DNA of 63,461 nucleotides, the filler included, from Vezdaea acicularis (lineage: Eukaryota): NCBI GenBank assembly GCA_026025075.1. It is 3 parts of 3 records of this genome, joined end to end, with 100 filler letters (N's around TTAATTAATTAA, not from the genome) between each part and the next. Parts side by side here need not be neighbours in the genome. Positions count along the whole stretch, not along the records: positions 1 to 21,158 come from JAPEUI010000192.1; positions 21,259 to 42,366 come from JAPEUI010000193.1; 1 more part is not named here. One strand, given 5' to 3'. Shown here piece after piece: positions 12,579 to 23,640 of this stretch. The notes below the pieces were generated by a model. It searched no databases. It was not told the DNA's origin and saw only the letters and a list, made by a program, of their open reading frames with translations. Position 1 is the stretch's first letter; the number at the start of each line of letters is the position of its first letter. Made by a program: the position numbers and the translations under genes.

Positions 12579-15500
12579 ATGGCTTTAGCAGCGCCAGCGT
12601 CTTTATGTGATCGACAAGCTACGACATCTACACTTTTAGTGATAGGATCTCAAGACTTCCTTCTAGTGGGGACATAGGCTAACGCCTCTTGCAGGATGGT
12701 GCTTCTATCCCGTCTGCTAGGTATGTGCAGACAGTCTGCCAAAACTGGTCTAACTTCTTGAAGCAATCATATCACTGCCTCTTGGGCCAAAGCCGTCGAT
12801 CTTTTTAATTCAAGGTTGACCAAAGACGACCATAAGAGGATAGACCTCAGCAACTTCCAACGAGCCTCGTTTCCCGACTTGTTATCTGCTGCCACTACCG
12901 CAAAGGATACAGCTGAGCGAGAACGTTATCCATGGACGAATAATATCCAGAACATATTTAGTCAGATCAATCGTTACGCTGTTGCAGGAGACTTGATTGT
13001 TCAGCATCATGCGGAGTACACCTCGTTAGCATGGGGCGCCTTTCGTTTCCTTCTTCTTGTGAGACTCCGTATAGCCGGACCAAACAGGAAATCTTCGGTC
13101 TGATACTGATCTTTATAGTTCACAGTCGCGGAAGGAACAACAGCTGCAAAATTATCAGGGGCTCTTAGATCTACTTGTCAAATTATCTTCCGTGCTGAGG
13201 AATATGCGAAGCTATTCTGTGCTCATTCTGGCTCCTCCACAGAACGGGTCTTCCAGAGTCTTCAAGAAAACATAATTCAGCTATATGCAGAGATATTGAA
13301 TTTCCTTGTTCGCGCAACGAAGTTCTTTGAAAAGCACACCTTGAGTAAGATGCTCTGCTTCTTGATATCTAGCTCATTTGAACCCTTTCTCACAACATTC
13401 TAGGGAGATACATATCAGCAGGTCTTTCACCTTTCGATACCAAGTTCCAGGGAGTATTAGATGCTATCGATAGGGCTGAAAGGAACGTCGAAAAAGACAT
13501 AGGAGTGCTCAGATCCGAAGGTAATGACCGATATCCAATATTTTAAAAAACAAAGATTGACCGTTGAGATTGACCCTTGAAGCGGAAATACGACAGCAAG
13601 AGTACGATAATGGGGTATGGTTGAAACACGCCGACTTTTCGGTGGATCTGAAGAAGTTACAGGACTCCTGTATTCCTGGAACATGCGAATGGTTCCTTCA
13701 AAGCAGGAAATACATCGAGTGGCGCAACTTCACAGCTCCCCATAAGCCGAATTTGTTGTGGGTTCAAGGCAAACCCGGAAGCGGCAAATCAACTCTTGCG
13801 GCAAAGATCGTTCAGGATATGCGTTCTATGTCGAACGTGGTTGTTCTGCATGTGCTCTGCAAAGACGGCGAAGAAAATAAGGATGATCTGCAGTCCGTCC
13901 TTCGGAATCTAGTGTTCCAGCTCCTTGAGAAGTCTCCTCACCATGAGGAGTTTCATAAAATATTACAGTCGTCACGTTTCAATTCAAAAACTCAGTATGT
14001 CCAGTCTATGGAAACCCTCTGGGCGATATTCAGACATATGTTGGAAGGAAGTGATCAGATTTGCTGCATTTTAGATGGACTAGATGAATGTAACAACTCT
14101 CAGAACGAACGCCTCGTCTTCTTTAGCCGACTGAAGGATGTCTTTGAGTCACGCGTCTCTGCCTCAAAATTGGTAATCATTTCTCGACTAGACCACCTGG
14201 AGACTGGAGAAGATACACATCAATGGGCCTGCGTGCCTATTCAGACATCCGACGTTCGAGAAGATATCAAAAAGTATGCCACAAGCAAGATCCAGACGAT
14301 CAAAGTGTTAGATAAACATCCACAGAAGCAGCATCTCCTGGAGGTGCTGGTAGATCATTCCGACGGCATGATACTATGGACAGAGTTGATGATCAAAGAA
14401 CTAGAATCTGGTCACTGGGACGTCGAGAGAGTGCTTCAAACAACCCCGCGAGGGCTTTCGGAGGTCTACACTGTTATTATCAACCGAATTGCGAAGGTAA
14501 AGACGTCTTTGAAGGAGGTTTATCACGCTCTTCACCTTGTCCTTGCTGCTGCGCGACCGCTTGATTTCCATGAAATCGCCTTGGGACTCGCAACAACGAA
14601 AGGTTTGCGCAACCATGAAGACTACGATCATCGAGGCGATCCTATTGCTGAGAGCAAAGCTATTGTTCTTCAAGCAAGTCCGCTATTGTCGATCATGCCA
14701 GATGGCACCGTACAGCTTATCCATACTTCCCTGAAACAATATTTTTTTGATTTAGATGGTCAACTTGACACGTCAGTCTTTCGCTTCCAAGAGCGCGATG
14801 TGCATGAGACAATGAGTCATGTTCTGGTTTCATATTTGTCGTTTGATTGCTTCGACGCTGAGCTGATAGAGCAATATCACTCCAAATACTATCTTTTGGA
14901 ATATGCATCCCGTTGGTTGGTGCATCATTCCACACAGTCAGCCAACCAGAAGAAGGTTGCAAACAGATTACTTTCATTCTTCAAGATTGCTCAAGGTTGG
15001 AGATGGCTACAGCGGCTTTCTGAGTGGTACCGAGTCTCACATAGCCATCTTCAACTAATGCAGTCCCAGATAAGGCTTTGGACACAATCGTTGGATTTTG
15101 ATTACCATGATCGTAATGTTCTCGATGAAGTCCTTACAGTACTCGCTCAAAAAAGGCTTGAGGCTACTATTTCATCATCATCTGGTCAACTTTCGATTAT
15201 GAAAGCGATGGCGAACCTAGCATCAAATTATCAGGATCAGGGACGATTGGAGGAGGCTATGGTTTTGAACCTGCAAGTTGTGGAGACGAGGAACAAGGTG
15301 CTGGGATCGGAGCATCCAGATACACTGACCGGCATGGCAAACCTGGCATCGACGTACAGGAGTCAGGGACGGTGGAACGAGGCCGAGCTGCTACAGCTGC
15401 AGGTCATGGAGACGGGGAAAAAGGTGCTGGGACCAGAGCATCCAGATACGCTGATCGACATGGCAAACCTGGCATTGACGTACAGGAGTCAGGGACGGTG

Positions 15501-16767
15501 GGACGAGGCCGAGCTGCTACAGCTGCAGGTCATGGAGACAAGGAAAAAGGTGCTGGGACCAGAGCATCCACATACGCTGACCGGCATGGCAAACCTGGCA
15601 TCCACCTATATGAGTCAGGGACGGTGGGACGAGGCCGAGGTGCTACAGCTGCAAGCCATGGAGACAAAGAAAAAGGTGCTGGGACCAGAGCATCCAGGTA
15701 TGCTGAACAGCATGGCAAACCTGGCATCGACGTACAGGAGTCAGGGACGGTGGAACGAGGCCGAGCTGCTACAGCTACAAGTCATGAAGATAAGGGAAAA
15801 GGTGCTGGGACCAGAGCATCCAGATACACTGACCGACATGGCACATCTGGCAATGACCTATATGAGTCAGGGACGGTGGAACGAAGCCGAGGTGCTGCAG
15901 CTGCAGGTCATGGAGACGGGGAAAAAGGTGCTGGGACTAGAGCATCCAGATATGCTGACCGACATAGTAAACCTAGCATCAACGTACAGGGGTCAGGGAC
16001 GGTGGAAGGATGCCGAGCTGCTACAGCTGCAAGCCATGGAGACAAGGAAAAAGGTGCTGGGATTAGAGCATCCAGGCACGCTGAGCGGCATGGCAAACCT
16101 GGCATTGACCTATATGAGTCAGGGACGGTGGGACGAGGCCGAGCTGCTACAGCTGGAAGCCATGGAGACAAGGAAAAAGGTGCTGGGACTAGAGCATCCA
16201 CATACGCTGACCGTCATGGCAAACCTGGCAATGACATATATGAGTCAGGGACGGTGGAACGAAGCCGAGGTGCTGCAGCTGCAGGTCATGGAGACGGGGA
16301 AAAAGGTGCTGGGACTAGAGCATCCAGATATGCTGACCGACATGGTAAACCTGGCATCGACGTACAGGGGTCAGGGACGGTGGAAGGATGCCGAGCTGCT
16401 ACAGCTGCAAGCCATGGAGACAAGGAAAAAGGTGCTGGGACCAGAGCATCCAAATACGCTGATCGGCATGGCAAACCTGGCAATGACGTACAAGGAACAA
16501 GGACAGTGGAACGAGGCCGAGGCGCTGCAGCTGCAGATCCAGGAGACGGAGAAGAAGGTGCTGGGATCGGAGCATCCACATACGCTGACCGACATGGCAA
16601 ACCTGGCATGCATGTACAGGCATCAGGGACGGTGGAAAGAAGCCCAGACGTTGGAGCTGCAAGTCATGGAGACAAGGAAAAAGGTGATGGGACCAGAGCA
16701 TCCAGACACGGTGTTCAGAATAGAAAAGCTTTCGTTGACGTGCCCGGATGATCTGGAGAACGCTTGA
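12579..16767 (+). CDS. Fungal NLR: Goodbye/DUF7708-like N-terminal domain, NACHT-type NTPase, 12 TPR repeats (multi-exon 5' part, start approximate)
   Basis: N-terminal WAKAVDLF..SLAWGAFRFLL; GTCEWF; Walker A GKPGSGKS; Walker B ILDGLDEC; GMILW; VQLIHTSLKQYF; 42-aa LGxEHPxTL repeats. Confidence 0.88.
15199..16710 (+). repeat. 12 x 126-bp tandem array encoding TPR units with high internal conservation
   Basis: Recurring GGCAAACCTGGCA...CAGGGACGGTGG...GAGCATCCA every 126 nt. Confidence 0.95.
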
Positions 16768-17505
16768 GGCAAGCTGAACTACATTGAAAAGCTCTGGAAT
16801 CGAGACGAAAACTCCCGAAGATCATCCGAGTACACTCAGATGCCTGTTTTGGATGAATGTTATCTCTTGGGATATAACGTGAGAGATCTCTCCGAGCGAA
16901 AGATACCCAGACAAGGATTCAGTATGCAGTTATATTGGAATAACGCTTATAAAATGAAGAAAATCCTGCTATAAACTAAAGCCAGTAAAAGCTTTTCACT
17001 AAGGACGGATACATTTCTGTGGGGCTTGGTTTCCTTCAATAAATTAACGAGTCAATGATTTGATTTGCGCCACGTCCGATGCTAAATCTGAAAGTCGTCT
17101 GTCTATGCCTTTGCTATGCTATGCCGTGCTATGCTACGCACCCACGCGCTTGTCATATAATCGTATTGTCATCATAGAGCCATCACGCGTCAATTCAATA
17201 AATTCTCATCCATGCAATGCAACGCGGACGCCACGCCCCCCCCCAAATCGAACCTGAGATCTGAACGCAAGCGGTCCCGAAACTGAAAATGCTTTTCATT
17301 CTCTAACCTCCCCTATCCGATAGCGGTCCGGATTTTTTCCGCGGAATAATGAGTCTGCTGTGCAAGAAAATAAGGTTTAAACGTCGATGACCGTTGGTAG
17401 CCCCTCGTGAACCCCCGTGTAGGACCCTACACGGCCCCCTTTTAATGAAATGCTGTTTTAGAAGAATACGTGGATATCTACTCTTGACAGGGTAGATCCA
17501 ACTCA

Positions 17506-20203
17506 TCAAAGACTCCTACGACGACGCTTTCGCACAGCTTCCTCATCCGTATCGAAGTCCTCCCTCGTCCGCTTCTTCGAGAGGGCAAGCGACTTATCAG
17601 CCTCAGCGAGCGCGACTAGGATCTCCGCAGCCCAGACGTCAGTACCGTGGCACGTCAGGGGCGAAGAAGAGTCTTCGTCGTCTTCGCTTGTCGATTCCAG
17701 GGAGATGTGTCGGGTATGCTTGCGTTTATCTCGAGCTACGGTTTCGGGGGTGGCGGTTTCGAGACTGTCGGGCTGGCTGCCTTCCGGGGCGGTGGGTGGT
17801 GGGTGGGGTGGGGATGTTTCGCCGGGTGAGTCGATGTCGGATGAAGTTGTTGCCTCGGATATGGGACTTTCGGGCTGAGTGGCGTGGGTTGAGTTTGTAA
17901 GGAGAGTGGGTGGGAGGGTCGAGTAGTAAGGCGGGCCTTTTCCAAGATCTCCATAGAGCGGGGACTTGTACGAATAATACGGGTTGCTCCTTTTCGCTGA
18001 TTTTGGAGTCAGGTAGGCGGATTGTGGACTTGAAGTAGATTTGTTATAGTAGATTGGTATTGACCTTTCCATGGCCATTATTTGTGTTAGTTTCGCTGGT
18101 GAGGGGGTGCGAGGAAACTCGGAGCTTTCTCTTTTGGTTGTGTCTGTGCCATAGCCGCTTTCAGCTTCGTCGAGCTTTTTGAACCTCATAACTTCTTTCT
18201 CAAACACTTGTTCGGAGCTTGTCGCTGTAGTACGATTTCTGAACTGTAAAGCCCTGAGCTCTTTGACAGCCTCTCCACATCTTCTAATAATCTGAGGGTC
18301 GATCGTCATTTTGTTCCAGGATACTTTACCTGGAGGTTGACACATTCGAGGAAAGTCAGGACCGAAGATTGGTACCAGGGCGTAACGGATAGGATATGCG
18401 AACGTGGCGCAGACATATAGAGCAGCCTCGAAGGGTAACCAGTAGCCCTGCGCCAGGAGTGAACCACCGGTAATGCTATGTGAAATCTCGCGCAAGCCTT
18501 CGTTCACATCTAGCATCTTTGATGGTGTTGTCTAGTAAGGCCATTAGTTAGTCTGGAGCTGGTAAAGCGACCAACGTTGGGTCAGAGAGAGGTATCTGAT
18601 GGGCGATAAGGAAGAGTGGAGGAGATATGAAGAATGGGGCAAGCAAAACCGGAAAATGTAAAAGGCCAAAGTGATAGATAGAGGAAGAGTTGCAGAGACT
18701 GCTATGGGAAGAGTCAAACAAGAGATAGGGTACGTCGGAAAGAAGGGTCTAAGGAAGGGGTAATGGAACAGCGATGATACGAGGCGAATTAAAGGTGCAT
18801 TGACATAAAATCATTCGGGTCTGGATTCCAAGGGGAATGGAAAGAGTAATGGAGGCAACAAGGAAGGTAAAAAGGGGAGGGCTTGGGAAGTGAAGTGAAG
18901 TGAAGCACGGCTTAATGAAGTAGAGTGTGTTTGTGAAGTGAGGCGAAATAGAGACCAAATGAGGTGAATTTGATCGTTGGTAGGTGAGGCGAAGTAAAAA
19001 CTAGACAAGGCTCACACTCACCTTGGAATAATCGCAAGATTTAAAGAATGGCGTTATGCGAACAAGTCCGATGTTATAATCCCAGATAACAGCGTAATCT
19101 CTTGTGTCATTGGGTCTCCTGAACGTATATTGAAAGATTTCGAAGCTATCCCGCCCGGTTTTTTCCCAAAATCGTTTCTTGTCCGATGCGTAGGGAATAT
19201 GCCGAACAGTCGACTCTCCAATACGTCCGATTGGAAAGACTTTAAATCTTCGAAGCTCAGTCATGATAGTATTATGATCAGGGTGCGTTGACGGGATCAC
19301 ATCGTGAGGTGGGTATCGAACTGGGCCTGTTGGAGAACGAGATGTTTCAAACACTGGCGCGTCCTTTGTCATCTTTGATCGTTTCATTGATGGGTGTGAA
19401 TCAGTAGAGAGGGTACGGGAAGAATTATTGGAAACTGGGCCGGATTGTTTAAGAAGAGAAGGTGTAGGTAGGCGGTTGAGCATAGAAGTCGGGTAAGGCT
19501 CCTTGTAAAGAGAGGGGTTTGGTACTGAATTTAAGACAGCTTCCGTATTATGTTCGTTGTGAAGATGAGGTGATAGTGAAGAGTTGAGTGCGGAGGTCGG
19601 GTGAGGTTCGCTATAAAACGAAGAGGTTGCAAATGAGTTGATTTCGGAAAAAGTATGAGTCTTGTCGAGTGAATGGGGTGTTTGACGCGGGTTGAGTAAA
19701 GATGCCAGATGGGGCTCTTTATAAACACATGATGCTGGTAGCGGGGTCAGTAAGGAAGGTAGATGAGAGTTGTTGTGGAGGGAAGATGCTGGTTGCGAGT
19801 TGAGAAAAGAAGTTGGATGAGGTTCCTGGCAGAGAGGATTTGGCGGTAGGTGGCTCAATACGAAGGCTGGATGAGATGTGTCTTGGAAGGGAGAGGTTGG
19901 CAGTGGGTTGAGTACTGAGGCCAGATCAGATTCGTCGTAGGGAGAAGATCCTGCTAACAGGCAGTGTAGAGAAGCAGAGTGAGACTCCTTCTGAGGAGGA
20001 GGCGTTTTCAGGGGGTTGTGTACATCTGTTGGAGGAGATGTGTTATTGGGGAGAGACGTCGATAATTGGATATGTCCGGAAGCTGGCCGGGGCTCGCCGC
20101 AAACCGAAGTTGTTGGTGGCGGGCTAGATTCAGAACCTGGATGAGATTCTTCACAAAGATGAGTTTTTGGTAGCGGGTTTAGTAGGGAGGTCACGGAGAT
20201 CAT
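17506..20203 (-). CDS. APSES/KilA-N transcription factor, Xbp1-like group; intron 18532-19021
   Basis: GPVRYPP, RHIPYASDKKRFWEKTGRDSFEIFQYTF, VIWDYNIGLVRITPFFK | TTPSKMLDVNEGLREISHSITGGSLLAQGYWLPFEAA. Confidence 0.87.
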
Positions 20204-21158
20204 CGTCGATCGTCAAGATGCTCCGATTGCTAAGGGATGGAGATCAGACTTAGGCTACCTTAGATGTCGGGGGTGAAAGAGGGAAGCGAGACCCAAACTA
20301 ATTCAAAGGAGAGCAGACCGAAGCAGCATAAAAGTTCCGGCTTATCTGTCTTGAAGGATTAATCATATCATCAAACAAGGTTGATGCGATATGTTCAAGG
20401 GCGCCGTCGATGACCTTTCATGTCAGAGAGGTAGGACGAGTCAGAAGCGGCCCCACCCGATTGCGGAGTGATTTTGTTCTAATGACTTTTCCAGAGACGG
20501 GCAGCTCCCGTGGTCTTTGTGCGGTGTATCTGCAGTAGCCGTGTGCCTGCGTGTGCCGATATGTCTTAGGTGGCTCACTGCGGTCAAGGTCTGTTTGTCT
20601 CTAGGACTACCGAACTTGGTAACTGGCTGGAGCATGCGACTGCTTCGAGAGAACGAATGACTGTCTGACAGCAAGGTTGTCGAAGGCGAGATGAGGACAG
20701 GGTCGGGTGACGCTTTCTTTTGCAAGGATTTGTCGATCTATGCGTGGACTGGGCCGACGGAATATAGATAGTTCCTTTCTACTAGGCTCTCGAGACTGGT
20801 TTGGCCTTTGCCCATATCATGAACCTGAAATCTACGGTTGCGGATGTCCGAAGTGTAATGAAGGAAAGAAATCTTTAGGTATAAGGCCCAATGGGCCTTA
20901 TACATGAAGGCCCCACACGACCGGCGGCAAAGGCACGGGCCTTGCAAGCAAGACGCCAGATCCAGAGCCTAAAATCCTACCTGACAGGCGGTCGAGGCAA
21001 CGGCGCTCCTCAACCAGGCGGTGGGAAAGCCGCCATCCGCGTTCCAGAGACAGCATGCAACGTAGCCGTCCTGTTCCAAAGGCCCAGCTGGCTCAGATCG
21101 CGGTATCGGCAGCGGATTAATTCCCCGATCGTAGTTTGACGGATCCCAAAGGCCAATC

Positions 21159-21258
21159 NNNNNNNNNNNNNNNNNNNNNNNNNNNNNNNNNNNNNNNNNN
21201 NNTTAATTAATTAANNNNNNNNNNNNNNNNNNNNNNNNNNNNNNNNNNNNNNNNNNNN
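21159..21258. other. Artificial contig linker (N44-TTAATTAATTAA-N44)
   Basis: N runs flanking a six-frame stop linker. Confidence 0.97.
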
Positions 21259-21487
21259 AAGCGCTTGCTGCTCTCTAGCCGACGGTGGCAGATGGCTCCG
21301 TGGCTTTTCGGATAGGTGGTGGAAGGGCCACCGTCCGGCTTCGGTTGAAGGTGCTCGCTTACCAAAAACCGCATGCTAAGGGTGCCCAAGGTTATGGGCA
21401 GTAGACTACAGGGAATCATGAGACCCAACGACTTTGTTTAATAATGCTCAAACCTCCCCTGATTCATTAACGGTATTCAAACTAAGA

Positions 21488-23432
21488 ATGACGTCCCCAT
21501 CATCGAATGGCGAGTATGGCTTTTACAATTTCCCCGAGCCTAAGAAAGGTCCCGAGGTTCCCTACTCTAATATCAGGAAGTCGAACCCGGTCGTTCGGGG
21601 ATTTCCCCTTTCCGCCACAGCTTCATTGTAGGTTCCTTCTGCGTTAGAAAACAAGTGTTCAATAAGGAATTAGAAACTGACCAGATACACTTAGCGTTTC
21701 GTCTCTCGGCTTTGCCCAGAACTTCCTATGGTCCAACGCAGGCTTCAACGGACTAAGAGGCATCAAGCTCCTCGACGACTACGAGCCCCGCTATGACCCC
21801 ACCGTCATACCTATAGCAGACTCTTCGACCAAGCTGACTACGACTGAACCTGGCGCTTCGACTGACACGCCAGAGATTGCCTCGAAATTTCACTCTGCGG
21901 CAGAATATCATGGGCTATACAAGTCTGGGAAGCTGACCCCTACCTCGGTGGTCGAGACGCTCCTTCCCCTCATACGTCGCGACATCTCCCCTGCCGGTGC
22001 CCACTCAGTAGCGTTCCTGCAGACCAAAGTCGATCTTGTCCGCAAAGCTGCCGCGGAATCGACCGCGCGATATAAAGCAGGGACACCTCTGGGCGTGCTC
22101 GATGGCGTCCCGGTGGCTATCAAGGACGAGGTTGACCTAGGCGGCTATAATAAGACCCTCGGCTCCCTGAAAGATTTCACCCGCGCAGATGGCGCCACGT
22201 CATGGTGTGTGCGAAAATGGCAAGAAGCTGGCGCTGTGATTGTCGGGAAATTGAGCATGCACGAACTTGGTCTTGGTACGCCGTCCCTTCTCTCAACCCG
22301 CATGGAGATCCCCTAACGGACATTAGACACCACAAACAACAACCCCAACTATGGCACACCCCTCAACCCTTTTAATTCTCATTACTACACCGGCGGTTCC
22401 TCCGGCGGCAGCGGCTACGCTGTATCAACTGGACTTGTTCCCCTCGCCCTCGGCGCCGACGGCGGCGGGTCTATCCGCATCCCCGCCACTTATTGTGGCG
22501 TATACGGGCTCAAACCTTCACATGGCCGCGTCTCCGACAGCCCCACTCACGGCATAGCCGCCTCGACCGGCGTTCTCGGGCCCATCGCCGCCACTATGGC
22601 CGACCTCTCCCTTGCCTACCGCATCATGGCGACACCCGACCCATCATCCTCCTCCTCCTCGCGCTTCCCCCCTCCCCAGCCCTTCCCCACCCGCAATACC
22701 ACCAGACCAAAAGTCCTCGGCATCTGCCACGTCTGGGTCGAGCGCGCCGACCCCGCCGTGAAAGCCGCCTACGACGCCGCGCTCGCGCACTACACCAGCA
22801 AACTAGGCTACACCACCGTCGACATCTCCATCCCCTTCCTCTCCGAAGGCCAAACCGCACACGCCATGACCATCCTCTCCGAAATCTCCACCTTCACCCA
22901 AGGCGACGTCCGCGGCCTCACCGCCCCCAACAAGATGCTCATCTCCGTCGGCGCCCGCACCCCCGCCACCGACTTCCTCCAGGCCCAGAAACTCCGCAAC
23001 TGCCTCATGCAGCACTTCGCCCACCTCTTAGTAACCCACCCCGGCCTCATCGTCCTCACCCCCGTCACCCCTAATGCTGGCTGGCACATCGCCGGTGGCG
23101 CCGCTGACCTCGCTGTTGGCGTCTCAGACGCCAATATGAGTCTCCGCTCCATGGAGTATGTCTGGCTCGCCAACTTCATCGGCTGTCCCTGCCTCTCCGT
23201 GCCCGCAGGTTATGTGGAACCGCTCGAGGGCGAGGGTCCGGTGCCGGTTGGTATCATGGGGATGGCTATTTGGGGCGCTGAGGATGAGCTGTTGGAGTGG
23301 GGTCGTGAGAGCGAGGAGTGGCTTGAGGGGACGGAGAGGGGTCGGTTGAGGCCCGGCTCGTGGGTGGATGTGGTGGAGTTGGCGAAGGGGAGGCCGGAGA
23401 GCAAGAATGGGGCTGTGAGGAGTAATTTGTAG
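21488..23432 (+). CDS. Amidase signature family protein (GatA/FAAH-like); introns ~21628-21694 and ~22277-22327
   Basis: LDGVPVAIKD, GKLSMHELG, GGSSGGS, GADGGGSIRIP, ANFIGCP. Confidence 0.9.
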
Positions 23433-23640
23433 TTAGGGGGGGAGGTTGTTTGTGTTCTGAAGGGGGATGTCACTTCTTTGCCTCGCGGTCTGACAATACC
23501 CGTTCCATACACTCCATCTTGGGGTGCCTTCATCGTCTGGAGGGTTGGAATCCAATCATTTATATACTCAAATTCCTCAACATACTACTACCAAACCCCC
23601 TGCCTTCCCCATCTCCCCTTCTCCCTCAATTCTCGGAATC

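Noticed and set aside
15199..16710. Tandem arrays as CRISPR-like
   Set aside because: Contiguous coding repeats without unique spacers, in a eukaryotic gene
15372..16751. 459-aa alternate-frame ORF and antisense ORFs over the TPR array
   Set aside because: A stop-free repeat unit propagated in tandem explains them; no independent coding evidence
21159..21258. TTAATTAATTAA inside N runs (also 42367-42466) as a biological motif
   Set aside because: Six-frame stop linker for concatenated contigs; segment sizes (~21.16, 21.11, 21.0 kb) suggest size-sorted unrelated contigs
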